The translations under genes and the position numbers were made by a program. A model generated the notes under the pieces. The model made no database searches and was not told where the DNA came from. It saw nothing but the letters and a program-made list of their open reading frames with translations. 32,000 bases of DNA from Flavobacteriaceae bacterium. GTDB lineage: Bacteria > Bacteroidota > Bacteroidia > Flavobacteriales > Flavobacteriaceae. Location of the stretch: NCBI GenBank assembly GCA_965224465.1, contig OZ245049.1:3690001-3722000 (forward strand), in the 5' to 3' direction. Of the stretch, positions 7,558-16,097 are shown piece by piece (within the stretch, counting starts at the first letter, position 1; every line of letters starts with the position of its first letter).

Positions 7558-7578
7558 GTGTGGATTTTAAATCCGCGC
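7558..7578 (+). promoter_or_regulatory. Conserved junction hairpin (variant with two G.U-compatible changes)
   Basis: gtgtggattt-t-aaatccgcgc. The copies at 19571-19591 and 28143-28163 have gcgcggattt. The two C-to-T changes here keep pairing as U.G only if the plus strand is the RNA. Confidence 0.4.
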
Positions 7579-7588
7579 CAGTAACTGA

Positions 7589-7750
7589 GTGTCTGCTAGG
7601 AATGTTTTGCGGAAAGGTTTACGGAAAAAGGTGATTTATGTATCATTAGTAAATACAGATGATGTTTGTGAGTTTTTAAGTAATGGAAAAGAAGAACAAT
7701 ATTTTACAAATATTATAGCAGGGACAAAATTAAAAACAAGCCTATTTTAC
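7589..7750 (+). pseudogene. 5' fragment of a cell-wall-hydrolase effector gene (paralog of 28174..30891), cut by IS66 insertion
   Basis: GTG start. Reads SARNVLRKGLRKKVIYVSLVNTDDVCEFLSNGKEEQYFTNIIAGTKLKTSLFY, matching residues 1-54 of the 905-aa protein. Ends exactly at the IS inverted repeat (IR). Confidence 0.85.
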
Positions 7751-7778
7751 GTAAGCGTACGGTAAAGTACACCCTTGA

Positions 7779-9281
7779 TTATTTATCAACAGGCTTCCAA
7801 TTTTGAGGCAGTAACTCCGAAAGTTTATTAGCCTTATGTTCTGGTAATCTATTAAGGACATCACATAGCCACGTATGTGGGTTTACGTTATTCTTTTTGC
7901 AAGTAGCAAAAAAGCTATAAAATAGAGCTATGTTTTGTGCGGACTCATGACTGCCAGCAAAGAGATAATTTTTTCTGCCAATAGCTAAAGGTCTTATGGC
8001 ATTTTCTATATTATTGTTGTCTATTTCAAACCTGCCATCATCGATGTATAGTTTTAGGTTTTGCCATATTTTAAGAGTATAAGCAATTGCTTTTCCTATG
8101 GCACTTTTAGGCAGTACGTTTTTTCGCTCTTTTGTAAGATAAATTTCTATTCCGTCTAAAACAGGTGATGCATGTTTTTCTCTATATGCTTTAGTTTGCT
8201 CAATAGTTAATTCTTGTTCTTTTATTTTACGTTCTATCTTGTATAGCTTTTGAATTTCCAACAAAACAACATCCGCTCTTTTAGGATCATTATCCAGCGC
8301 CTTCTCAAAATACCGCCTAGCATGAGCCATGCAACCTAAAAGAGTAATTTCTCCTTTTGTTGTTAAGTTTTGGTATGCAGCATACCCATCGGACTGTAGT
8401 GTCCCATTGAAATCTTTAAAAAACTCTTCTGGAACAACTTTTCCTCTCCCTTTATTGTATTCAAAAAGAACTAAATTTTTAACAGGATTTCGATACACCC
8501 ACATATACCCTCTGTGTGTTGATTTTTTCTTGTCTTTATCTAAAACCTTTATAGGAGATTCGTCTGCTTGAATATAATTGGCATTTTCTAAAAACTGAGC
8601 CTTAAATGTATCGTATAAAGGAGCGATAAGCTCCGAACTTTTAGATACCCATCCTCCAATTGTTGATTTACTTACTTTTAAATCTTGTCGTTTAAAAATT
8701 TGAATTAATCTGTAAAGTGGTAAATGGTCTACAAATTTTGAAATAAGTATAAAGGCCAATAAACTTGCTGATGCATTTCCTTTAGGTATCGGTAAGCTTG
8801 GTAATTCTGCTATAACAACGCCTTTTTCTTCCGGAAGTGCATATTTAGGTCTTACAATTCGTCTTACAAAAACGGAAAGAGGCGTTATTTCTAAAAGTTC
8901 TGTAACTTCTTCTCCTATTTTTACAGCTCCTTCTTCTATGTGCTTAGGCTCTATAATCTCTTCTACTCGCGGAAAATGCGCAGGTATAGAAGAGCGAACA
9001 GGTTTTTTCTTTCCTTTCTTCTTTTGTTTTCTTTCGTAGATTACAATATGTTTTTTGTATGCCTCTTCTTTCTCAGCTATTATTTTTCCGAAAAGCGACA
9101 ATTGATTTGTGTCAACAGGGATAAAACGTTCGCTTTTAGACCCGAAAACCATTCTTCTAAGCTGCTCGTATTGCTGCTTAATTTCAGCTAGTTCTTGAGC
9201 TGTTTTTTCAAGTTCAATCTTTAAAATTACCAGCTCTTTTTGTATGTCTATTGTATTGTTTTCCACACTATAAATATACAA
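7779..9281 (-). CDS. tnpC: IS66-family transposase TnpC (500 aa)
   Basis: N-terminal coiled coil (LEKTAQELAEIKQQYEQLRRMVFGSKSERF) followed by a DDE-type core. The C-terminal AIGRKNYLFAGSHESAQNIALFYSFFATCKKNNVNP block is typical of IS66 transposases. Confidence 0.9.
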   Translation of the reverse strand: MYIYSVENNTIDIQKELVILKIELEKTAQELAEIKQQYEQLRRMVFGSKSERFIPVDTNQLSLFGKIIAEKEEAYKKHIVIYERKQKKKGKKKPVRSSIPAHFPRVEEIIEPKHIEEGAVKIGEEVTELLEITPLSVFVRRIVRPKYALPEEKGVVIAELPSLPIPKGNASASLLAFILISKFVDHLPLYRLIQIFKRQDLKVSKSTIGGWVSKSSELIAPLYDTFKAQFLENANYIQADESPIKVLDKDKKKSTHRGYMWVYRNPVKNLVLFEYNKGRGKVVPEEFFKDFNGTLQSDGYAAYQNLTTKGEITLLGCMAHARRYFEKALDNDPKRADVVLLEIQKLYKIERKIKEQELTIEQTKAYREKHASPVLDGIEIYLTKERKNVLPKSAIGKAIAYTLKIWQNLKLYIDDGRFEIDNNNIENAIRPLAIGRKNYLFAGSHESAQNIALFYSFFATCKKNNVNPHTWLCDVLNRLPEHKANKLSELLPQNWKPVDK

Positions 9282-9324
9282 AAAACAAGACTAAATAGCA
9301 GGTAAAACCTACAGTTTTATTGAA

Positions 9325-9678
9325 TTATTTAGCCTCTAAATAACGTTCGTTTTTCTGAGTATTTATAATACTAATTCCGTCTAAAACCATAACCATTTGG
9401 GTATAACTCAAAACTACTAATCCATCTTCAATGTCGTATTTTGGAAGCTCAAAAATACCTCGTTCCAATCGTTTATAATACAGTACAAATCCTCCAGGTC
9501 GCCAATGAAGAAGTTTTAGTTTATTTTTTTGCTTATTGATAAATGCATAAACACTATTTCTATCTCGCTCTTGTTCCATGTGCTCACTAACTAATCCACT
9601 TAATCCATTAAATCCTTTTCGCATATCAACTGCAGATAAGTGATAATAATACGTGTGTTCTGTACCTAATCCTAACAT
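9325..9678 (-). CDS. tnpB: IS66 Orf2/TnpB accessory protein (117 aa)
   Basis: Contains VDMRKGFNGLSGLV...LLHWRPGGFVLYYKRLERGIFELP, the characteristic IS66 TnpB pattern. Lies immediately upstream of tnpC on the same strand. Confidence 0.85.
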   Translation of the reverse strand: MLGLGTEHTYYYHLSAVDMRKGFNGLSGLVSEHMEQERDRNSVYAFINKQKNKLKLLHWRPGGFVLYYKRLERGIFELPKYDIEDGLVVLSYTQMVMVLDGISIINTQKNERYLEAK

Positions 9679-9756
9679 TTATATTTTCGTTTTTGTTTAG
9701 ATGCAAAAATTAGATTATTTTTAACTTCTTACAAGATGTAGTTCTCCGTACGCTTA

Positions 9757-10659
9757 CTATTTTACAAAGTAGATATTAAAGCAAATATCCGCATAAAAGT
9801 ACTTGAAATTAAAGGAGATTACGCACAAATAAAAGTAACATCTATTACTGCAACCTTAGTTAGAGATACCGATATTAATGATAACGTAAAACCATTTAAT
9901 AGCAATAAACTTTATACTATCAAAAATCTTACTACGGTTAATAAAATAAAGCATTTAATGGTCTTGCAACTAAAGATGCCACATTCAATACAAAACAAGT
10001 AAAAGCACCAAGAAATTGGAGAACAAATTTAAACAGAACTGTTACCTTTTACCCAAATGGCTATGGTAAAGTGATTTGGATAGAAAAAACATCTATTTCC
10101 AAAATAGCAGAAAAAATAAAAAAAATTAGATATAATTACCTCAATTATTCCTGACTATTTTTTAACAGATAAACAAAAATACGAAACAGTTGAAAGAGAA
10201 GCCAAAACAGGAGAAAAAACTACATTATATGTAGATGTATGTAAGGCATATATCGAAGTCCCTTTTAGAACCGATGTAGAAGAAGTAACTGTAGAAAAAG
10301 AAAAAGTAGTTGACTTACGTAAATTTAAAAAAGCAAAAGACGATAAAAAAGACCTTTGGTATAAAGTAGTATTAGATGATACAACTAGTAGCCAATGTGT
10401 AGCAGTAAAAGGCTGGGTAAAAGAAAAGGATCTTGACAAATTTAGCGCTTACGATTGGCAAAAATTTGGTTTTAAAGATCTAGACGCAGGTAATGAATAC
10501 ATATACTCTGTAAAAGACTTACGTGAGGCAACAGATAGTGCCGATTTTGTAACCGAAATTTGGGATAAAACAATAGATACAGATGGCAATAAAGTATTAG
10601 ATATACTAGAGCTTATTAGAGCGTTTAGTAAACCAGAAATAGCACAAAAACTATCTCGT
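9757..10659 (+). pseudogene. Continuation of the IS-disrupted effector gene, with at least two further frameshifts
   Basis: Collinear with 28335..29229. There is a 5-nt aataa duplication near 9941-9950 (ttaataaaataaagcattt versus ttaataaagcattt). There is a 2-nt shorter, degenerate stretch near 10105-10140. In-frame stops occur at about 9998 and at 10117. Confidence 0.8.
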
Positions 10660-12303
10660 TTGGTATGTAAGCACAAAAATGAATGGTCTTATACTATGGA
10701 CGAAATAAAACCAGAAGTAAAAGAACGCTGTGATTTTGGTATACAATTAGAAGAAGTTACAGCCGAAAAACAAAAACTAGAAACCCAAAGGGATGATAGT
10801 TTAGCCAAAATGGAAGCCAAAATAGAAAATTTAATGTGGTGGGATGAGGCAAGTAAAAAAACCTACACAGCACCCGTAAAAGAAGAAGATAAAACAAAAA
10901 CGAGTAGCACCAAAAGACCTTCTATGTTGCCAGAAGGTACAGTGGTAGAAGAAATACCACAAAAAGTTGTTGTACCTTTAGACAATAAAACAACAGCAGC
11001 TAAACCAGATGCTAAACCAACGGAAGATAGTATACCAACGACAAGTACAACCGCTGCTCCAGCACCAGAAACTAAAGTAGAAGAAAAAGAAGTGCCGCCA
11101 AAACGTATGTTTCCTAAAAGCAATATAGTACATCACTTTCATCCAATTGCTTGGGTGGAGCAGATGAGACTTGTTTTTGGGGATGAGGGTATTTGTGTCT
11201 GTGAAGCTAGAGTTAGGGCTTTTATGACAATGTTACGAATTGGAGAGGGGACTTTAGAAGATATTGGTTATGAAACTATTGTCGGTGGTTCTCACTTTAA
11301 AGATTATGGTAAAAATTTTAGCAACCATCCTGAAATTTACATAGAAAAATATGATTCGACTGCTGCTGGCGCTTATCAAATAACAAAGACGAATTGGAAT
11401 GATATTGCTTTTGTAAAATGGAGAGAAAATAAAAAAGTAATAGATTTCTTTCCAATAAGTCAAGATAAATATTGTTTTTATCTTTTGCAAAAAAAGAGAA
11501 AAGCAATAGATTTAATTAAAAAAGGATATATTAACGAGGCAATATTTAAAGTAAGAAAAGAATGGGCAAGTTTACCTGGTTCTGGTCATGGACAAAGAGA
11601 AGAAAAATTATCAATTGTAATCAATAAATATATTGAATTTTATAAGAATGAGTTAAAAGGAATTACACAATTAAAAATTCCTTATGGTGGATTTGAAAAG
11701 TTTGGGTTTGATTGTAATTGTCAAAATAATAATGAAACTGATACTACTTGTGGCAAAACACATATTGATGTCACAAATTTAATGATTTTTTATGACCAAG
11801 GAAGTGGAAATTCTAATTGTAATAAAACATGTAAATCCATAATGCTCCAAATGCAGGTTATTGCAGAAGGAGCAACTACAAAAGCCAAGATTAGACCAAA
11901 TCTTCCAGGTTCTTATTATCAAATTGCTGAAGAAAATTTAACAAGAGATGGGTTTGCTTTTGATGAACAAAAAAGTATAGAAGGAATCTCTTATTTAGAT
12001 AAAGCATTAGAACATGGAGACCCAATACTTTTTGGTGTAAATCATACATATAAATATCGTAAATTCGGAACAATCAATGATGACTCAACTGACCATTATG
12101 TGATAGTTACTGGTAGAAAATGTTTAGATGGAAAAACTATTTATACCTATTGGGATGTTGGTACTAAATATGGCGGAAAAGGAGACTATTATTTTACATT
12201 AGAGAATAATAAATTAACATCATCTTCGAGATCAAAAAAATATACAGTAACACAAATTAGAAGAAATTTAAACTTAAATGGAAAAATTATTCAATATAAT
12301 TAA
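10660..12303 (+). CDS. C-terminal toxin portion of the disrupted effector: Pro/Thr/Lys linker, FHPIAWVEQMR junction, lambda-lysozyme/GH104-like lytic domain, and an uncharacterised Cys/His C-terminal domain
   Basis: MLRIGEGT..GYETIVGG....HP......STAAGAYQI....W......FFPISQDKYCFYLL......I..G.I..AI......WASLPGSGHGQ resembles lambda-type lysozyme / lytic transglycosylase families. The frame is open from 10120, but the first start-like codon is TTG at 10660 and the next is ATG at 10696. Expression is therefore doubtful. Confidence 0.55.
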   Translation: MVCKHKNEWSYTMDEIKPEVKERCDFGIQLEEVTAEKQKLETQRDDSLAKMEAKIENLMWWDEASKKTYTAPVKEEDKTKTSSTKRPSMLPEGTVVEEIPQKVVVPLDNKTTAAKPDAKPTEDSIPTTSTTAAPAPETKVEEKEVPPKRMFPKSNIVHHFHPIAWVEQMRLVFGDEGICVCEARVRAFMTMLRIGEGTLEDIGYETIVGGSHFKDYGKNFSNHPEIYIEKYDSTAAGAYQITKTNWNDIAFVKWRENKKVIDFFPISQDKYCFYLLQKKRKAIDLIKKGYINEAIFKVRKEWASLPGSGHGQREEKLSIVINKYIEFYKNELKGITQLKIPYGGFEKFGFDCNCQNNNETDTTCGKTHIDVTNLMIFYDQGSGNSNCNKTCKSIMLQMQVIAEGATTKAKIRPNLPGSYYQIAEENLTRDGFAFDEQKSIEGISYLDKALEHGDPILFGVNHTYKYRKFGTINDDSTDHYVIVTGRKCLDGKTIYTYWDVGTKYGGKGDYYFTLENNKLTSSSRSKKYTVTQIRRNLNLNGKIIQYN

Positions 12304-13183
12304 AATTTTGATTCTAGTCGTAATGCTAGTTTCTTGTAAAAAACATATTTCAGGCTTAATAGTAGAAAATAAGCAGAATATTACATCATATAATGATTTA
12401 ATAGGTAAAACATTTTTTGCCCTACAAAATGAAGAAGGACAATTGGTTTATGATAGTTATGGTGTTAATGATATGACAGAAATGATACGTTTTAGACAAA
12501 CGAAAATCAACCATTTCAAACCAATGGATTGGCATAATTATGATATAATTAATCATGTTTCAAAAAAAACAATACAAATTAAAATAAAATATGAGAACAA
12601 ATCAGTAGATGAAGGTTTAAAATATTTTCTAAAATATGACAAAGAAAAACATCTTCTATACTCTTATCCAAGTGATAAGTGTAAAAACCCAAAAACATAT
12701 GTTGACAGTATATACCTAAACACAATTAGGTATAAAAAATATCCTAAAGTAAGTGATATTAATGTAGAAGATAATGTTATAAATAAAAAAATTAAAATTA
12801 ACATTGAATCTAAGGAAATAGAAATTTTAATTCCTTTTTTAGAAGAATATATTTATCATGAAGACAATATCGCAGGTAGACAAGGAATTTCAGAAACTTT
12901 AGAAGTAAAACTGTTAAAGGGCACTAATGGTAATTTATACTTTGTTTTTGGAGAGGGTAAATGTGGAGCCTGTCCTAATTTCTCAGCTCTTTATGATTTT
13001 AAAGGTAAAAACCTATCATATCAATATTCTATTAGACAGAATGTGAGAGGGTCAAAAATAATAATTTCAAAGGGTAATGATAGTGAAGTATTTAAGAAAT
13101 ATGGATTGTCAGAGAGTAATATAAACATTCAAATAAATAATCAAGACACACCTACTTATTTAATAAAAAATTGGTTTAATTAA
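12278..13183 (+). CDS. Lipoprotein (301 aa), candidate cognate immunity protein
   Basis: Signal peptide with lipobox: MEKLFNIIKILILVVMLVSC. Overlaps the toxin ORF end by 26 nt. No similarity to the other two lipoproteins in equivalent positions. Confidence 0.5.
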   Translation: MEKLFNIIKILILVVMLVSCKKHISGLIVENKQNITSYNDLIGKTFFALQNEEGQLVYDSYGVNDMTEMIRFRQTKINHFKPMDWHNYDIINHVSKKTIQIKIKYENKSVDEGLKYFLKYDKEKHLLYSYPSDKCKNPKTYVDSIYLNTIRYKKYPKVSDINVEDNVINKKIKINIESKEIEILIPFLEEYIYHEDNIAGRQGISETLEVKLLKGTNGNLYFVFGEGKCGACPNFSALYDFKGKNLSYQYSIRQNVRGSKIIISKGNDSEVFKKYGLSESNINIQINNQDTPTYLIKNWFN

Positions 13184-13196
13184 ATTACATAAGCGA

Positions 13197-14663
13197 ATGG
13201 GCGCACCAACCGCTGCTCCAACACCAGAAACTAAAGTAGAAGAAAAAGAAGTACCACCAAAACGTATGTTTTCTAAAAGCAATATAGTACACCGCTTTCA
13301 TCCTATTGCTTGGGTGGAGCAGATGCGGAGGGTTTTTGGAACTGGTAATTGTTCACAATGCGAAAAAGATTTCACCTATGAACAAATTAAGGCTATCTTT
13401 CCTGCTGCTGCAAAAAATGAAACTTTAGCTAAACAACTTATTGATGAACTGAATTTAGTACGTGAAAAACACAAAATAAATACTTGTCAGAAAAAAGCAC
13501 ACCTTATTACACAATTTGGTTCCGAAACTGGATTTAATACATTGATTGAGGATTTGGCTGGATATAGTGTATCTGCACTTAAAAAATTCAGTTACTTTGC
13601 AAGAAATCCAAATGAAGCAAAGTTATATCTAGGTAATACCAAAGAAATTGCAATGCGGGCATATGGTCTTCGTAGCGTGGATAAAGAAAAAGATATAGTT
13701 ACTTGTGTTGGATTGTCTAAAACAGAAAAAAAACTAAAAAAATGCAATGATTTAGGTAATAAAACTATGTTGGATGGTTATAGCTATATGGGCAGAGGTT
13801 TAATACAATTAACTGGAAGGTATAATTATGAAAATATAAATAAGAAATTTCAAAAGGCATTTCCAGATGAAGGAGATTTATTAGCAAACCCTCAACTTTT
13901 AGAACAGCCAAAGTATGCTGTAATGTCTGCTATGAGTTATTGGATAAATAAAAACTTAAACAAACTAGCAGATGAAGGAGGTTATAGTCAAGTTAATAAA
14001 ATAACTGGTATTATAAACAAAGGTTTAAGTAAAGGACATTATGCTAAACGAAGAAATTCGTTTGTAGAGGCTTTTTATGCATTTAATCTAAGTACATGTA
14101 AACTCCAAAACTCACAAACAAACTCTGATTTAAAAATAAAAGAAGGTTTAGCTTGGGCAGAAAGTATAGCAATTACAGAAACACAACTAAAAGCAAACCC
14201 TAAAACACCATATATTATAAATTATAATCAGGAATCTGGAAAGGAAGGACATTTAAGAACAGAACAAACCGAAAAAGGAATTGCTAAAATGGACTGTTCC
14301 GAATTGGTATGCAGGTATTTACAGAAAATTGAATGGAGTGAGAATGTAGAGTATATAACATCTAATGGACTTGTTGACTACGCAGCACAACATCCTGATA
14401 AACTTATAGTAAATAATGGTAATCCAAAAGTTGGAGATATATTTGCTTGGAGAGGTCATACTGGTATTATTAAAAGTTATGACTCATCAACAAAAAAGAT
14501 TGTAACTATAGAATCCATTAGAGAAAAATCGTACTCTTGGCATGAAGGCATCTTTTTTAAAGGTGTAGTTATTTGGACGTATACTAAAGATCTAAATCAT
14601 TTAAAAAGTAAAAAAGGAAAAAAAGTACATTACTACACTCCAATAAATCATTATTCAAAATAA
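13197..14663 (+). CDS. Orphan effector module: shared linker and junction motif, then a GH19-like muramidase/chitinase domain and an NlpC/P60-like cysteine peptidase domain (488 aa)
   Basis: Homology to the 905-aa effector starts at TAAPTPETKVEEKEVPPKRMF..NIVHRFHPIAWVEQMRRVFG and then diverges. GH19-like blocks: ITQFGSETGFN, GRGLIQLTGRYNYENI, AVMSAMSYWINKN. NlpC/P60-like blocks: MDCSELVCRYL ... GDIFAWRGHTGII. Has its own ATG start. Confidence 0.7.
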   Translation: MGAPTAAPTPETKVEEKEVPPKRMFSKSNIVHRFHPIAWVEQMRRVFGTGNCSQCEKDFTYEQIKAIFPAAAKNETLAKQLIDELNLVREKHKINTCQKKAHLITQFGSETGFNTLIEDLAGYSVSALKKFSYFARNPNEAKLYLGNTKEIAMRAYGLRSVDKEKDIVTCVGLSKTEKKLKKCNDLGNKTMLDGYSYMGRGLIQLTGRYNYENINKKFQKAFPDEGDLLANPQLLEQPKYAVMSAMSYWINKNLNKLADEGGYSQVNKITGIINKGLSKGHYAKRRNSFVEAFYAFNLSTCKLQNSQTNSDLKIKEGLAWAESIAITETQLKANPKTPYIINYNQESGKEGHLRTEQTEKGIAKMDCSELVCRYLQKIEWSENVEYITSNGLVDYAAQHPDKLIVNNGNPKVGDIFAWRGHTGIIKSYDSSTKKIVTIESIREKSYSWHEGIFFKGVVIWTYTKDLNHLKSKKGKKVHYYTPINHYSK

Positions 14664-14665
14664 AA

Positions 14666-15709
14666 ATGAAGCATCTATCAATTATAATTTTAACTATTTT
14701 CTGTTTATTTTCTTGTAAAAACAAAAAAAATGAAACAGTAGTAGTTATACAAAATAACCAATCAAAACATCAAAATATTATTGATTATATTAATAATAAA
14801 TCTGTTACTGAGTTTTATAAATTTGATGAAGATTATTTTATAAATAATACTCTTGAAGGTATTTGTAATGACACTACAAACACCATAGGGATATTTAGTA
14901 TTATCTATTATGACAACGAAAAAGACATTACTCAACTGTACAAAGAAAAAACACCAGTAAAACAACAGCAAAAATTATTTGACTCTTATAAAAAGGTTGC
15001 CTTTTTTATTGATAAAAAATATCTAGAAAAATTGCCGCATCATCATGAAGAAGGCATGGCAGTAGGCACAATATATGACCCTATTAATCCATATATAGCA
15101 CAAATGTTTATCTGGCAAGATGATGACTGGATATTTAATAAAGATATTAAAATTACAGATTATAAAGATTATGTTAGGTTAATAAGTTATTTGAGACCTA
15201 TAAATTTGTCAAAAAGAAAGAAAGAATATGAACTTAAAGATATTGTTGTTATTGAAGAACTAAGAGGATATTATAATAATGATAACATAGAGGATCTAAT
15301 TTGGGTGTTAGATATTAGTACTGATAATTCTATGGGAGGACGAGCAAAAAAAGAATATAGATTACAAGTGTTTTTAGGTGCCAAAATAAAAAATAAATAC
15401 AACTTTTTATTTACATCTGATTTAATAATACCTTGTAATTATTGTGAAAACTGGAAAAATGATTCTGAATATTCATATTATAATTTAAAATTTGAAAATC
15501 AAATTTTTAGTTTTTTTACAAAATCAACATTGGATAAAATAGGAACTAGCAATAAATTTACTTTTAAATATAAAGATGATAAAATGTTGCTTAACAATAT
15601 AGAAAAAGAAACCGTTCATTATAGCGAAAATGATAGAGTAGAAAAAGAGACAATAACAAACTTAAAACAAGTAAGTTTAGAATGTTTTAATGTTTATGAC
15701 GAATGGTAA
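14666..15709 (+). CDS. Lipoprotein (347 aa), candidate cognate immunity protein
   Basis: MKHLSIIILTIFCLFSCKNKKN lipobox. Starts 3 nt after the toxin stop. Confidence 0.5.
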   Translation: MKHLSIIILTIFCLFSCKNKKNETVVVIQNNQSKHQNIIDYINNKSVTEFYKFDEDYFINNTLEGICNDTTNTIGIFSIIYYDNEKDITQLYKEKTPVKQQQKLFDSYKKVAFFIDKKYLEKLPHHHEEGMAVGTIYDPINPYIAQMFIWQDDDWIFNKDIKITDYKDYVRLISYLRPINLSKRKKEYELKDIVVIEELRGYYNNDNIEDLIWVLDISTDNSMGGRAKKEYRLQVFLGAKIKNKYNFLFTSDLIIPCNYCENWKNDSEYSYYNLKFENQIFSFFTKSTLDKIGTSNKFTFKYKDDKMLLNNIEKETVHYSENDRVEKETITNLKQVSLECFNVYDEW

Positions 15710-15716
15710 ATCCAAA

Positions 15717-16027
15717 TGTAAATTTAAAAAAGCAAAAGACGATAAAAAAGACCTTTGGTATAAAGTAGTATTAGATGATACAACTAGTAGCCAATGTGTA
15801 GCAGTAAAAGGCTGGGTAAAAGAAAAGGATCTTGACAAATTTAGCGCTTACGATTGGCAAAAATTTGGTTTTAAAGATCTAGACGCAGGTAATGAATACA
15901 TATACTCTGTAAAAGACTTACGTGAGGCAACAGATAGTGCCGCTTTTGTAACCGAAATTTGGGATAAAACAATAGATACAGATGGCAATAAAGTATTAGA
16001 TATACTAGAGCTTATTAGAGCCTTTAG
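15717..16027 (+). pseudogene. Internal fragment of the hydrolase-effector N-terminal region (KFKKAKDDKKDLWYKVV...ELIRAF), truncated by an IS66 remnant
   Basis: Near-identical to 10318-10628 and 28887-29197. The listed ORF 15690..16070 is a chimera that borrows an ATG inside the preceding gene and a stop inside the IS end. Confidence 0.8.
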
Positions 16028-16065
16028 GTATCCGTCCGACGAAGCACGTATAGGAATTAAAAATA

Positions 16066-16097
16066 CATAAAAAAACCTCGATTTATTGATCGAGGTT
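16066..16097 (-). terminator. Intrinsic terminator of the remnant tnpC
   Basis: aacctcgat (16074-16082) pairs with atcgaggtt (16089-16097). On the minus strand the stem is followed by a T-run, the complement of aaaaaaa at 16067-16073. Confidence 0.55.

Larger units (their letters stand above)
7751..9756 (-). mobile_element. IS66-family insertion sequence (2006 bp) with tnpB and tnpC but no tnpA/orf1
   Basis: Terminal inverted repeats are gtaagcgtacgg... (7751) and ...ccgtacgcttac (9756), with 12 bp perfect and then partial identity. The IS66-type GTAAGCG end is present. Flanked by the 8-bp direct repeat tattttac (7743-7750 and 9757-9764). The uninterrupted paralog reads ctatcttacaaag at the equivalent site. 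Confidence 0.92.

Noticed and set aside
8329-9191. Plus-strand ORFs (8329-8571, 8940-9191) inside the IS66 element
   Set aside because: They are antisense to the tnpC gene and low-complexity. IS66 elements are not known to encode such products.
10155-10676. Minus-strand ORFs 10155-10439 and 10449-10676 (also 28722-29006, 29016-29243, 10863-11123, 11254-11506)
   Set aside because: They are antisense shadows of the effector coding sequence. They are conserved between loci only because the sense strand is.
15690-16070. 126-aa ORF offered by the ORF track
   Set aside because: It is a chimera. Its ATG lies inside the preceding lipoprotein gene, its body is an internal effector fragment, and its last 14 codons and stop come from the IS66 remnant terminus. 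It is annotated as a pseudogene fragment instead.
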